Part shown: piece by piece, positions 49,900 to 59,389 of the stretch
How positions within the stretch are numbered: the stretch's first letter is position 1
Layout: each line of letters begins with the position of its first letter
Assembly (NCBI GenBank): GCA_965263035.1
Contig: OZ253580.1
Location: 1,728,001 to 1,792,000, forward strand
Source: Acidobacteriota bacterium
GTDB lineage: Bacteria > Acidobacteriota > UBA6911 > RPQK01 > JAJDTT01
Direction: 5' to 3'
DNA length: 64,000 nucleotides
Position numbers and translations under genes: made by a program
Notes under the pieces: model-generated
The model's input: only the letters and a program-made list of their open reading frames with translations
The model's database searches: none
Told to the model about the DNA's origin: nothing

Positions 49900-52254
49900 A
49901 TGCTGGTACATTCCGGCGCAGCCGCAGTCTGTCTGGGTCTGGCGACACCGTCCGCCGCTCAGGAGGCCGCCGGGTCCGCGGAGAAGGTGCCGGACCGGTT
50001 CGTAGAGCTATGCTCCAGTTGCCACGGTGAACAGGCCCAGGGCACCGAACGGGGCCCTTCGCTGGTCCACAGCCGGAACCTCCGAAGCCTTTCCGACGAC
50101 CAGATTCGCGCCGTCATCCGCAACGGTACGCCGGGAGGGATGCCGCCGTTCGCGATGGAGGACTCGGCGCTGGCGAACTTGGCGGCTTGGGTCCACTCGC
50201 TGAACGCCTCGGCCTACGATGTCCAGCCGCCCGGAGACGTCCTTGCCGGCGAGCGCTTCTTCTTCGGACAGGGCGAGTGCGGGACCTGCCACATGATCGC
50301 GGGCCGCGGCGGCATCAACGGCCCCGATCTCTCGGATATCGGACGTCAACTCACCGTACGCCAACTGGACCAGTCGCTGGACGACCCCCTTGCGCGCGCT
50401 GCCGTCCGCTCTTCCGATTCCTGTCCCGGTTGGGCCTTCTGTCCCGAAAACCCGTGGGAGATCGCCACCGTCCAACAGCGCGACGGATCCGTATTGCGGG
50501 GGTTCGTTCGCAAACGCGGGATGCACGACCTGCAGCTTCAGACGCTCGACGGGCGCTTTCACCTGCTGCTCGACACCGAGTACACCGGCATCTCCATCGA
50601 ATCAGAACCCCTGATGCCGGCGCTCGTGGCTTCGGCCCGGGAGCGCCGCGATCTGGTGGCCTATTTGAGCCGGCGCGGCGGCACTCCGGTCGGTCCCCTG
50701 GCCAGTGAACCGGAACCGGTGTCGGACGAAGAAATGCAGCGAATCCTCTATCCGGAACCCGGGGAGTGGCCCACCTACAACGGAAACCTGAACGGCAACC
50801 GTCACAGTCGTCTCGATCAGATCAACACCGGCAATGCCGGGAAGTTGCGCCTTGAATGGTCCTATTCCATTCCCTACACACCTCTCGAAACGACTCCGCT
50901 GGTCAGCGGCGGGATCATGTTCGTGACCGGGCCGAACCGCGTCTGCGCGTTGGACGCGCGCACGGGACGGCAGATCTGGTGCTACGTCCGTCAGCGCAGC
51001 CAGGCGGGCACCATTTCCGGCGACGCCGCGATCGGAGCGAACCGTGGAGTGGCGATCCTGGGTGACCGTGTCTTCTTCAGTACCGACGATGCCCACCTCA
51101 TCTGTCTGAACCGCATCACGGGCGGATTGATGTGGGATGTCGACATGCCGGATCCGGACCTCCCGGGGCCCTACGGATCGACCAGCGCGCCGCTGGTGGT
51201 CAACGATCTGGTCATCGCCGGGGTCGGCGGCGGCGACGAGGGAATTCGAGGCTTCCTGGACGCCTACACGGCGGCGACGGGAGAACGCGCTTGGCGTTTC
51301 TGGACCGTCCCGGCGCGGGGGGAGCCGGGCTCGGAGACCTGGATTGGCGACGCCATCGAACTCGGCGGCGGGGCCACCTGGCTGACGGGGTCCTACGACG
51401 TCGAATCGGGATGGCTCTACTGGACCACCGGAAACCCCTGGCCCGATACGGACCCCACCGACCGAATCGGTGCGAACCTCTATACCAACTCCGTCGTGGC
51501 GCTCGACGTGAAGACCGGAAAGCTGCAGTGGTACTTCCAGTTCACCCCGGCCGACGTTCACGACTGGGACGCCACCGAGCCGGTCCTCCTCGTGGACACC
51601 GAGTTTCAGGGACAGGACCGGAAGCTCCTGCTGCAGGCAAATCGCAACGGTTTCTACTATGTCCTCGACCGCACCAACGGCAAGTTTCTGCTGGGGGAAC
51701 CCTTCGTCAAGAAACTGACCTGGGCCAGCGGCATCGACGACAACGGTGCGCCGCAACTGCTCCCCGGCAATGAGCCGACGCTGGGCGGAGCAAAGTCGTG
51801 TCCCGCCGTGCGGGGAGCGACGAACTGGTATTCGACGGCCTTTCACCCGGCGACCCGGTTACTTTACGTGATGGCCGTGGAGGACTGCACCATCTACCAG
51901 AAGGCTCGGCTCGGGGGGTTCTTGCCGTACCGGAATCCGGAGGACCCGCCCCAGAAGTTTCTGAGGGCGTTGGAAGTCGACACGGGGAAGATCGCCTGGG
52001 AGATTCAGCAGGTCGGCACACCCGAGTCGAACTACTCCGGCGTCCTGTCCACCGCTGGCGGAGTCGTATTCTACGGCGAGACGGGCGGCAGCTTCGCGGC
52101 GGTCGACGCCAAGAGCGGCGAGACTCTGTGGCACTTCGAGGCGAACCAGATCTGGAAGGGCTCGCCCATGGCCTACGCGGTCAAGGACAAGCAGTACGTC
52201 GCCATCGCTTCGGGCGGGAACATCCTCTCGTTCGCGTTGTCCGACTTGGAGTAG
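49900..52254 (+). CDS. PQQ-dependent dehydrogenase with N-terminal c-type cytochrome domains
   Basis: CSSCH and CGTCH heme motifs; WPTYNG, ETTPLV, NRGVA, GGATW, WDAT, RNGFYYVLDR, GATNW; exact start uncertain (49876 or 49900). Confidence 0.9.
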   Translation: MLVHSGAAAVCLGLATPSAAQEAAGSAEKVPDRFVELCSSCHGEQAQGTERGPSLVHSRNLRSLSDDQIRAVIRNGTPGGMPPFAMEDSALANLAAWVHSLNASAYDVQPPGDVLAGERFFFGQGECGTCHMIAGRGGINGPDLSDIGRQLTVRQLDQSLDDPLARAAVRSSDSCPGWAFCPENPWEIATVQQRDGSVLRGFVRKRGMHDLQLQTLDGRFHLLLDTEYTGISIESEPLMPALVASARERRDLVAYLSRRGGTPVGPLASEPEPVSDEEMQRILYPEPGEWPTYNGNLNGNRHSRLDQINTGNAGKLRLEWSYSIPYTPLETTPLVSGGIMFVTGPNRVCALDARTGRQIWCYVRQRSQAGTISGDAAIGANRGVAILGDRVFFSTDDAHLICLNRITGGLMWDVDMPDPDLPGPYGSTSAPLVVNDLVIAGVGGGDEGIRGFLDAYTAATGERAWRFWTVPARGEPGSETWIGDAIELGGGATWLTGSYDVESGWLYWTTGNPWPDTDPTDRIGANLYTNSVVALDVKTGKLQWYFQFTPADVHDWDATEPVLLVDTEFQGQDRKLLLQANRNGFYYVLDRTNGKFLLGEPFVKKLTWASGIDDNGAPQLLPGNEPTLGGAKSCPAVRGATNWYSTAFHPATRLLYVMAVEDCTIYQKARLGGFLPYRNPEDPPQKFLRALEVDTGKIAWEIQQVGTPESNYSGVLSTAGGVVFYGETGGSFAAVDAKSGETLWHFEANQIWKGSPMAYAVKDKQYVAIASGGNILSFALSDLE

Positions 52255-52304
52255 GAGTCTGCGTTTCCCTGCAAGTTGGATGTGATCCAGTTTTGAGCAA
52301 CGGG

Positions 52305-53576
52305 ATGAAGACGACGCCCAGGAGACGGGATTTCATCAAAGGGGCGGTCGGTTTGGCGGCAGGTCTGCTGGCCGGATCCTGCCTCAGTGACTCCTCCGAA
52401 AGGTCGAACCGACAACCCGGGAGCGGCCCGTCCGGAGGTGGCATCCCGGAGAAAAAAGGAAGGACCATGATCGTAGACTCGCACGCCTACGTGTTTCTGC
52501 CCGGGGACGAGCCGGCTGGGCATGCCAACTCCAAAGAGCACCTGGCCTGGATCCAGGCGGCTCACGCGGGACATCATCAGCCCGCCTGGAGGATCCGAGA
52601 CCGGGCGCCTGCCTCATCCGAGCCTCTGGCGCCAGGGGGATTCAAGAGTCTGTCCGACCTGCCCGACGTGAACTTTCGAGTGGATCACGAGCGGGGCGGA
52701 GTCGTCTGGACCGTCGACGGAGAAGACTTCACCAAACAGTTTTACCCACCCAACCTGAGAAACCTGGAATTTACTCCCCACAGCCTCATCGCCGAGATGG
52801 ACTACACCGGCGTGGACGTGACGCTGCTCCACACCGATCCCATGTTGGTCCGGGACAGCCGTTACCTGGCGGACAGCGTGCGCCTCTACCCGGATCGGCT
52901 TCGCTCCATGGCTCCCGTGGATGAGTGGCGGATTCCGTCTGAAACCGACGCCGTGATCCGGGAACTGGACACGGCCATCAACGGGTTCGGTCTTCACGCC
53001 ATCAAGTTCATTCCCCCTCTGGGATACGTGAGCAGCGATGAGCCCTGGGACGATGGCCCCTACCGGCCGTTTTGGGAGGCGGCCACCTCCTGGAAGGTTC
53101 CGGTCTTCTTCACCCTGGGTACGGGACCCGGCGCGGTGTCCGTCGAGGACCAGCGCCTCGGGTATCTCAACGAATTGGGGATCCTGATGCGTTGGATGGA
53201 ACGGTATCCGGACACGGTGTGCAGTCTCACCCACGGGTTTCCGTGGCGCGTGTTTCTGGATGGGAATGGGGTCCGTCTGCCGCAGGACATCTGGCAGCCT
53301 TTCCGGAATCCGAAATGCAATCTGGAGGTGAGCTTTCCGGTGCGGCTCGGCGATCTCTTCGACTACCCCTACCGGGAGGTGTGGCCCACGCTGGAGGCGA
53401 TGGTGGAACACGTCGGTCCAGATCAACTGCTGTGGGGCACCGACATGCCCTTCCAGAACCGCTTCTGCACCTACCGGCAGTCCCGCGACTGGATCGAGAA
53501 ATACTGCCGTTTCCTCGGTGCCGAGGACCTCGCCAAGATCATGGGCGGGACGGCGGCCCGCATCCTGAAGCTGTGA
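52305..53576 (+). CDS. Amidohydrolase family protein, possible Tat signal
   Basis: RRRDFIKG; VDSHAYV; LLWGTDMP; IMGGTAARIL. Confidence 0.85.
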   Translation: MKTTPRRRDFIKGAVGLAAGLLAGSCLSDSSERSNRQPGSGPSGGGIPEKKGRTMIVDSHAYVFLPGDEPAGHANSKEHLAWIQAAHAGHHQPAWRIRDRAPASSEPLAPGGFKSLSDLPDVNFRVDHERGGVVWTVDGEDFTKQFYPPNLRNLEFTPHSLIAEMDYTGVDVTLLHTDPMLVRDSRYLADSVRLYPDRLRSMAPVDEWRIPSETDAVIRELDTAINGFGLHAIKFIPPLGYVSSDEPWDDGPYRPFWEAATSWKVPVFFTLGTGPGAVSVEDQRLGYLNELGILMRWMERYPDTVCSLTHGFPWRVFLDGNGVRLPQDIWQPFRNPKCNLEVSFPVRLGDLFDYPYREVWPTLEAMVEHVGPDQLLWGTDMPFQNRFCTYRQSRDWIEKYCRFLGAEDLAKIMGGTAARILKL

Positions 53577-53582
53577 AACTGC

Positions 53583-53673
53583 GTAGGAGCGGCGGCTTTC
53601 TTGCCGCCGATTGGGGGGTCTGGGGGGCTTGAAGCCCCCCTCCTCAGTCAGGCGACAAGAAAGTCGCCCCTCC
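53583..53673. repeat. REP cluster starting with GTAG, between convergent genes
   Basis: GTAGGAGCGGCGGCTTTCTTGCCGCCG...GGGGGGCTTGAAGCCCCCC...GGCGACAAGAAAGTCGCCCCTCC. Confidence 0.75.
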
Positions 53674-53675
53674 GG

Positions 53676-54749
53676 TCATGCCGCGACGTCGGCAACGGCC
53701 TTGTTCAAGGCGGGCATCAGCTCCTTGGCGAACAGTTCCAGGTTGCGGATCCAGCTGGCCTTGTCGTCCCAGTCGAAGCCCATCAGGACCAGGGTGCCGA
53801 AGGGACCGCTCTCTTCCATGAGCTCCAGCAGGCGCCGGAGCACCTCGTCCACGTCCCCGGCGATGATCTGCTCTTTCAGCCAGAAATCCAGGTTGCAGTC
53901 GGCGTCCGGCATGTCTAGGTCGCGCTTCAGGATCCCCCGGTGCCCCAGCGAATTGTCCAGCAGGGAGGCGATGTACTCGTAGTTCCCGCCCACCGAGTTG
54001 TTGCGCGCCAGCTTCACGGCCTCCTCGGTGGTGTCGGCGAGGAAAATGGCGCGACAGACCTTCCAGTCGGCAGGATCGGCTTCCCGGCCCGCCTCGGCGG
54101 CGGCCCTGGCGTAGGTCGCCCAGTTGTCCGCCAAGACGTTTCCAGCGGCGAGTGCGGCCGAGAAGGGAGCGTACCCGCGTTGGCCCGCCAAGCTGAGGGA
54201 GCCCGAGTTGCGGCTGAGCCCCGGTATTGCGATCGGTGGATGCGGCTGTTGCAGGGGTTTGAATATGTATCCGATCCCCGTCGCTTCATCGACGTTCTCT
54301 TCGAGCGAGAACTGCCAGAATTTCCCATCGTGGTGGTAGGGCGGGTCCGACGCCCACAGTTTCAGGATGACGTCCAACGACTCCCGCGTCATCGCACCGC
54401 CATCCTTGGGATGCTGGCCGTAGAGCTCCATGTCGGTGCTGACGCTGTTGGGTCCGAAGCAGAGGTTGAGCCGTCCCTTGGAGAGGTGATCCAGAAACGC
54501 GAGCCGCGTGGCCACGTAGGCGGGATGGTGCAGATTGTGGCACACCGGCGCGGCCCCCAGACGAATGCGTTCGGTCACTCCGAGTACGCGGCCGATGAAC
54601 ACCTCGGGGACCACGATGGGCTCGAACCTCATGGTATGGTGCTCGCCGATCCAGAACTCGTCGAAACCGAGCTCCTCCGCCCGGACGGCCAGTTCGGCAT
54701 CCTCGTCGAAGCACTGAGCCAGCGGCTTGCTCGAAGGATGGTAGGGCAT
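53676..54749 (-). CDS. Luciferase-like (LLM) flavin-dependent monooxygenase
   Basis: AEELGFDEFWIGEHH, RLAFLDHLSKGRL, PLQQPHPPI; the true start is probably a few codons upstream. Confidence 0.92.
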   Translation of the reverse strand: MPYHPSSKPLAQCFDEDAELAVRAEELGFDEFWIGEHHTMRFEPIVVPEVFIGRVLGVTERIRLGAAPVCHNLHHPAYVATRLAFLDHLSKGRLNLCFGPNSVSTDMELYGQHPKDGGAMTRESLDVILKLWASDPPYHHDGKFWQFSLEENVDEATGIGYIFKPLQQPHPPIAIPGLSRNSGSLSLAGQRGYAPFSAALAAGNVLADNWATYARAAAEAGREADPADWKVCRAIFLADTTEEAVKLARNNSVGGNYEYIASLLDNSLGHRGILKRDLDMPDADCNLDFWLKEQIIAGDVDEVLRRLLELMEESGPFGTLVLMGFDWDDKASWIRNLELFAKELMPALNKAVADVAA

Positions 54750-54990
54750 GATGAAAATGCCGGTTTTTCAACCGGCGATGCAGAGAAACTGCTTGAATGA
54801 GGATAGATCTATCACGCTGGGGTGACAGGCGCAAGGGAAGAAGGAAGGGAGGGAGATGCGCCCCTCCCAAGGCGTGGCCTGGATCTTCACCCGGTCGTCG
54901 TATTTGGTTGGTCTGGAATTTCGGCGTGGTGTGGCGGCAGTTGGCAGTGTCCTAATTTGGTCCGGGACGCTGTTCTGTTAGCATCCGCAA

Positions 54991-55016
54991 TGGAGCCGGC
55001 GTCGGGAATCGAACCC
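54991..55016 (-). other. tRNA 3'-end duplication (att site), probably tRNA-Thr-derived
   Basis: Minus strand reads GGGTTCGATTCCCGACGCCGGCTCCA (T-arm, acceptor 3' strand, CCA); no anticodon or D arm upstream. Confidence 0.8.
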
Positions 55017-55051
55017 TGGAGTGATCGGTTTCAAACAGCGACAAGGGCCAA

Positions 55052-55327
55052 ATGAAAATGGAGAGAAGACATACTGTATTGACCTGGTTCTGTTTGGGTC
55101 TCTTGGTCGCTCATATCCTGAACCACGATGAAAAGGGACCAGCTGACCACGCCAAAGATATTTTCAATTCTTGGATCGAGTGGATCTACTGGGGAGTGAC
55201 GGTCTTCTGGAATTGGATATGGATTAGGGGCGGATGGATCTGGGTATTGGTCATTGCGATATGGGTCACGGTAAAGAAGGTCAGACGAGCCAACGCCGAG
55301 CAGAGTGATGGGCCTTCGGAGAAATGA
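55052..55327 (+). CDS. Small membrane protein (element cargo)
   Basis: 91 aa, Trp-rich hydrophobic segments followed by a basic KKVRR tail. Confidence 0.55.
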   Translation: MKMERRHTVLTWFCLGLLVAHILNHDEKGPADHAKDIFNSWIEWIYWGVTVFWNWIWIRGGWIWVLVIAIWVTVKKVRRANAEQSDGPSEK

Positions 55328-55621
55328 CCGCTCATGCTTCCCCAGGAAGTCAAGGCAGGAATGAAGTGCCGGGGACTGAGTTCTGTTTCAATCCCCGACA
55401 CTGGGGCTGCTAGGTTTGGGACCGCTGCCCGTGGAGGGCTTGCAGGAGAAGTTCCAAGTAGGGACCTCCGACTAGCACACCTGCCGTCTCAGGACCGGGC
55501 CATCTTCTCTAGCACGGGATGGCCGGGATCTCCAGCGTGCGCTCTTCCAAATGCCGGATTTGGAAGAATGATGTTGGCCGCCACCCGAAATATCACACCT
55601 GATTGTTAAACTTGACAAGCA

Positions 55622-56269
55622 ATGGAGGATCTAAGTTGCCTTTCGTTTGTCGCTTGGCCCATGGCTGCGGTCCTCTTTGGAGTGGCTTTCTTGTTGCTGT
55701 TCCGAAAACAGATCCGCCAGCTCCTTGGCCGAGCCAAGAGTTTCGGCAAGGAGGGCTTCCGTTTCGGCGAGGAAGGCGACCGTGCCTACAAGGACCCGCA
55801 ACCCTCGGCCAGAAGGCCTGACGCCCCCACCGAGTTCTATGACGAGTTCGAGAGTCCTCTGTTTCTTGAGGTAGAGTCTGACATTGAAAAAGAATTGCAG
55901 GATCGAGGAATCACTGATCCAATCTTCACTAGAAAATTCTTGTTGAAGACGCTGGCCAGAACGTTCATCTTTCGCCAGTTCGAGGCAGTTCATAGTGTCA
56001 TCTATGCAAGTCAGTTAAGATCGCTGATGTTCCTCAACATACAGCCCACACTGACGACTACGGCTGAACTCAAGTCCCGCTTCTACGACACCGCCGTCGT
56101 TAACTTCCCGATGACGTACAAGGACCGAGCGTTTGGCGAGTGGCTTGGTTACCTTCAGCTCCAAGCGCTGATTATTGGGAAGGAGGAGCGGATAAGTCTC
56201 TCTCTTCGGGGTCGAGAGTTCTTAAAATGGCGTGTGGATAATGGGTTTCCCGAGCCGCCGTTTGTCTAA
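55622..56269 (+). CDS. N-terminally membrane-anchored hypothetical protein (element cargo)
   Basis: WPMAAVLFGVAFLLLFRKQI TM helix; C-terminal wHTH-like ISLSLRGREFL. Confidence 0.7.
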   Translation: MEDLSCLSFVAWPMAAVLFGVAFLLLFRKQIRQLLGRAKSFGKEGFRFGEEGDRAYKDPQPSARRPDAPTEFYDEFESPLFLEVESDIEKELQDRGITDPIFTRKFLLKTLARTFIFRQFEAVHSVIYASQLRSLMFLNIQPTLTTTAELKSRFYDTAVVNFPMTYKDRAFGEWLGYLQLQALIIGKEERISLSLRGREFLKWRVDNGFPEPPFV

Positions 56270-56294
56270 TAGCCCATAATCACTCTGAATCCCG

Positions 56295-57314
56295 TCATCT
56301 CAGACCCGCCAGCCGTTCGGCATCTTCCGCAGACCACCCCGCCGCCCGCAAAGTGGCAGCACCCCGGATGCGTCCGGGCAGGTTGTCCGCTTGCAAGGAT
56401 TCGGCCATGTTCCACTGAAACGGCGTTTCCAGGACTCGGGCGAACTCTTCCGCCCAGGTGGAGACCCAACCGGAGACGACACCCCGGATCCAGGTGGCCA
56501 GCGTGTCGCGCCGTGCAGTCGCTCCGGTGGCCGTGATCCCTACCAGTTGCGGAGGGAATCCAAGCGACTGCGCCACGGCTGCGCCCAGCTTCTCGTACAG
56601 TTGCAGGACAGGCCCAGGCACGTCTACACCCAGGCGAAGTAACGCGGGGGGTGTATTGCCTTGCATATTGTCTCCCAGGACAGAAGCGCCGCCACGCATT
56701 TTCGATAGCATCTTGGAGGTATGAGCGTACCAGTCCACTGCGCCGCCGCTCGCCCCTGCGACCCGTGCCAGTACCTTCCCAGTCGGTCCGGCAGTCTCTT
56801 CCCCAAACCGGAGTACAAGCCGGGCGAGTGCTACGCCGTCAGGTCCGGCCACGTCCAGCCAAGACCGCCCACGCCATGGCCGAGACGGGTCCGGGTGTAG
56901 CTTCAAGTGGGCGACACTCTCCGGCCCTAGTCCGTTGAGCGTGACGCTACGATCAGGCCCAGGGATTTCTACGTCATAGATCAGCGCATCCAAGCGACCT
57001 CTTAATGAGACGACGTGCGCCGGGTAGAGCATGGGCGATCCGTTCATGATGCGAACGACAAAGAAGGCCTGTCCATTCTGGACCAGCCGCGCAGCCGCCC
57101 AAGGAATCCATGGGCGGATCGTATCCGGTGGAGCACCAGCGGACAGGGCAGACGCCAGCCTTGCGGAACAGGCACTCACAACCGCCGGGACCCGTCCCCC
57201 GACCGATCCTTTATAGACACTCACCTGATTCTGCGGTAGCCATTCGGACAGGGCGTCCGAACGGGTCTGGACCTTCGGCTGGGTCTCCAGGCGTAGCAGC
57301 GTCAGACCAGCCAT
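56295..57314 (-). CDS. Phage portal protein (short, divergent)
   Basis: PAVVSACS.RLA..LS, LVQNGQAFF, VAHLK...WRGRS.L, VAQSLGFPPQLVG; follows the protease. Confidence 0.75.
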   Translation of the reverse strand: MAGLTLLRLETQPKVQTRSDALSEWLPQNQVSVYKGSVGGRVPAVVSACSARLASALSAGAPPDTIRPWIPWAAARLVQNGQAFFVVRIMNGSPMLYPAHVVSLRGRLDALIYDVEIPGPDRSVTLNGLGPESVAHLKLHPDPSRPWRGRSWLDVAGPDGVALARLVLRFGEETAGPTGKVLARVAGASGGAVDWYAHTSKMLSKMRGGASVLGDNMQGNTPPALLRLGVDVPGPVLQLYEKLGAAVAQSLGFPPQLVGITATGATARRDTLATWIRGVVSGWVSTWAEEFARVLETPFQWNMAESLQADNLPGRIRGAATLRAAGWSAEDAERLAGLR

Positions 57315-57805
57315 TTTCTCGGCCTCCGGCGCGGTTCCGGGTCTGTTTCTATGAGGTGGCGGATCTCTTCCACTTCCGACCGTGGATAGGCTTGTCTGTC
57401 CACCAAAGCCAGCCCGCGAAGGGTGCCGACCGAGACAACCAGTACCTTCCCTTGCGCCCGAGTCTGACGCCGGACGAACTCGATACTGACGCCTTCGAGG
57501 ATACCGCCACGGATCAAGACGGCCGCGTCTCTCCCGTCGCCCGTGTCCGGGAGCGTCAGGGAGAAGCGGAGGGCCGTGGGCGTGTCCGTCAGGACCAGGC
57601 CGCCATCGGGAAACCGCCCTAACAAGCGGTCCCGGCGGTGGCCCAGATTCATGAAAACCGGACCCGCCAGCTCGCCAAATGCGCCCGGTTGGATGCGTTC
57701 ACGGGTCCCCAGGCGATCCAGGATCAGGGATGGCTGCCCGTACACGATGGCGACCCCGGAGACGATGCCGGGACCGTCTCCGTTGTCTTGTCTGATTTCC
57801 AGCAT
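57302..57805 (-). CDS. HK97-type prohead protease
   Basis: VSGVAIVY, ERIQPGAF, GH (His), LPDT..GRD, GVSIEF (Ser), LVD..AYP. Confidence 0.9.
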   Translation of the reverse strand: MLEIRQDNGDGPGIVSGVAIVYGQPSLILDRLGTRERIQPGAFGELAGPVFMNLGHRRDRLLGRFPDGGLVLTDTPTALRFSLTLPDTGDGRDAAVLIRGGILEGVSIEFVRRQTRAQGKVLVVSVGTLRGLALVDRQAYPRSEVEEIRHLIETDPEPRRRPRKWLV

Positions 57806-57817
57806 GGCGTGAACGCC

Positions 57818-59062
57818 TTACGGGAGCGACAACTTGCGCCGGGAATACGCCTTGGCGTCGATCAGCTTGAAGTTGGTCAACAAGATAAGATCGACGTAAA
57901 CCTCGCCCTTCGCCGACCCCGTGTAGGTATCGAGAATCGAAGTCAGTCCGTCTTCCCAAACCGGAGACACGGCGGCGGTATGGTCCGCTTTGCCGCACCA
58001 CGTCAACGAGTCTTGCTTGTTAGATGCCGGGTCGGGAATGTGCGCCGACGTGAAAATACTCGACCCCACGTCAGATATCAGGCCGGACAGGTCCGCCGCC
58101 AGTTGGGGCAGCCCGATACTCGTTAGTGTCCCGACCAGGACACGATAGGACTGGACACCCAGTGCGATCTTTACCATTTTCAAGTCGCTGGCATATTTGC
58201 CGTCAATCACACTCGCCATGCCTTGCAGGACGGTCCCGACAGAGATGTCGTTCAAGTCCGCGCCCGCCGTCAGGGACGGCAGCAGACCGTTGATAACATC
58301 GTTTCCGGTCCCGAAGGTATTGAGGGACATTTGGTCCAGACTTTCTTCCAGAGCTGCGCGAGCTTCACGCCTCAGAGCGTCTTCAAACATGGCGACCATT
58401 GCGGCGTCTTCGCGCCGCCAGCCGACACGGACCTGGACCCGCTTCGGGGTCGCAGTCTTCGGCGTCAGGGTCCAGGCGGAGGCGTCCACGGTTGCGCCCT
58501 TCGCTGCCGAGGCCGGGGTGACGCCGGAGGACACGTGCTGCCATGCGGCTGTCCCACGTGGGACCATTGGAAACTGACATCCCATGCGTCTCGCGGACAG
58601 TCTCGCGGTCACTCGGTCAATAATGCTCTGGACATTGACGGCGGTTCCGGTGGCCGGGGCTTCGCTGTAGGCATCGGCGCGAATCTGGACCCGCTCTGCA
58701 TGGTCCAGGAGTCCGACCCAAGGGATAGAATCTCCGCCGCCGGTTTCCTGCCGATATTCCAGACTCTCGCCCGTGGGCCGACCAAACAGGAAGCCGGACA
58801 GGTTCACGCCGTCTTCCAGGCGGGCGAACTCCAATTGATCGGCGGATAGGTCGCGGTTCTGGGTTTCCTTCTCCCGTTCCTTCGGGTCCGGCGCAGTTTC
58901 GACGGCGATCCGCCAGCGGCTTTCTACATCTTCAAGTTCGGCCCGCTTCTGCGTTAGGGTCGTAGTCTGATCTTCCGTCAGTGTCCCTTCGGCGAATAGT
59001 AATGTGTTTATTTCGGTCCGTAGAGTGGACTTGCGGACTTCAAGCTGCTGAATCTGAGTCAA
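57818..59062 (-). CDS. Major capsid protein (HK97 fold, N-terminal scaffold domain)
   Basis: 414 aa with helical coiled-coil N-terminus; LTPK..., LD...L.G.G.....GL capsid-like pattern; lies beside protease and portal. Confidence 0.8.
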   Translation of the reverse strand: MTQIQQLEVRKSTLRTEINTLLFAEGTLTEDQTTTLTQKRAELEDVESRWRIAVETAPDPKEREKETQNRDLSADQLEFARLEDGVNLSGFLFGRPTGESLEYRQETGGGDSIPWVGLLDHAERVQIRADAYSEAPATGTAVNVQSIIDRVTARLSARRMGCQFPMVPRGTAAWQHVSSGVTPASAAKGATVDASAWTLTPKTATPKRVQVRVGWRREDAAMVAMFEDALRREARAALEESLDQMSLNTFGTGNDVINGLLPSLTAGADLNDISVGTVLQGMASVIDGKYASDLKMVKIALGVQSYRVLVGTLTSIGLPQLAADLSGLISDVGSSIFTSAHIPDPASNKQDSLTWCGKADHTAAVSPVWEDGLTSILDTYTGSAKGEVYVDLILLTNFKLIDAKAYSRRKLSLP

Positions 59063-59107
59063 TGTCTTATCCTCCCTGGTCGATTCATTTTGTTGTACAC
59101 TTATCCA

Positions 59108-59389
59108 TTATCCTGTATGTGTGTACAATAAATCAAACACAGCTTGTCCCCATGCCGTCCGCTCCGGGCGGTCCATGGCCTCATGGAGCATTTTATGGTC
59201 CCGATAACAGACACTTTGCAGGTTATCCACGTCCCACGGGTCGCCACCTTGCCGGATCGGTTCAACGTGGTGGACAGTGGTTGCAAGGCGTCCGCACCCG
59301 CAGATCGGGGACAGGGACAATTTCCAGGAACGGAGGGATTTCCAACGCCTGGTATTGTAGACGCGCCTATGAGCCTCTTTCCTCGTCAT
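59108..59389 (-). CDS. HNH endonuclease (HK97 gp74-like packaging cofactor)
   Basis: YNTRRWKSLR...PIC.CG...VHHVEP...DNLQSVC..DH; ATGA-coupled to terL. Confidence 0.9.
   Translation of the reverse strand: MTRKEAHRRVYNTRRWKSLRSWKLSLSPICGCGRLATTVHHVEPIRQGGDPWDVDNLQSVCYRDHKMLHEAMDRPERTAWGQAVFDLLYTHTG

Noticed and set aside
54750-54775. Possible programmed frameshift at the LLM gene start (TTG-AAAAA-CCGGC; one A fewer would give MKTGIFIMP)
   Set aside because: More simply a homopolymer indel or sequencing error; cannot be resolved without reads
54991-55070. Complete tRNA gene
   Set aside because: Only the T-arm and acceptor 3' strand are present; no anticodon arm, D arm or matching 5' strand
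55385-55396. GTTTCAATCCCC, resembling the start of a CRISPR repeat
   Set aside because: Single occurrence, part of a local hairpin
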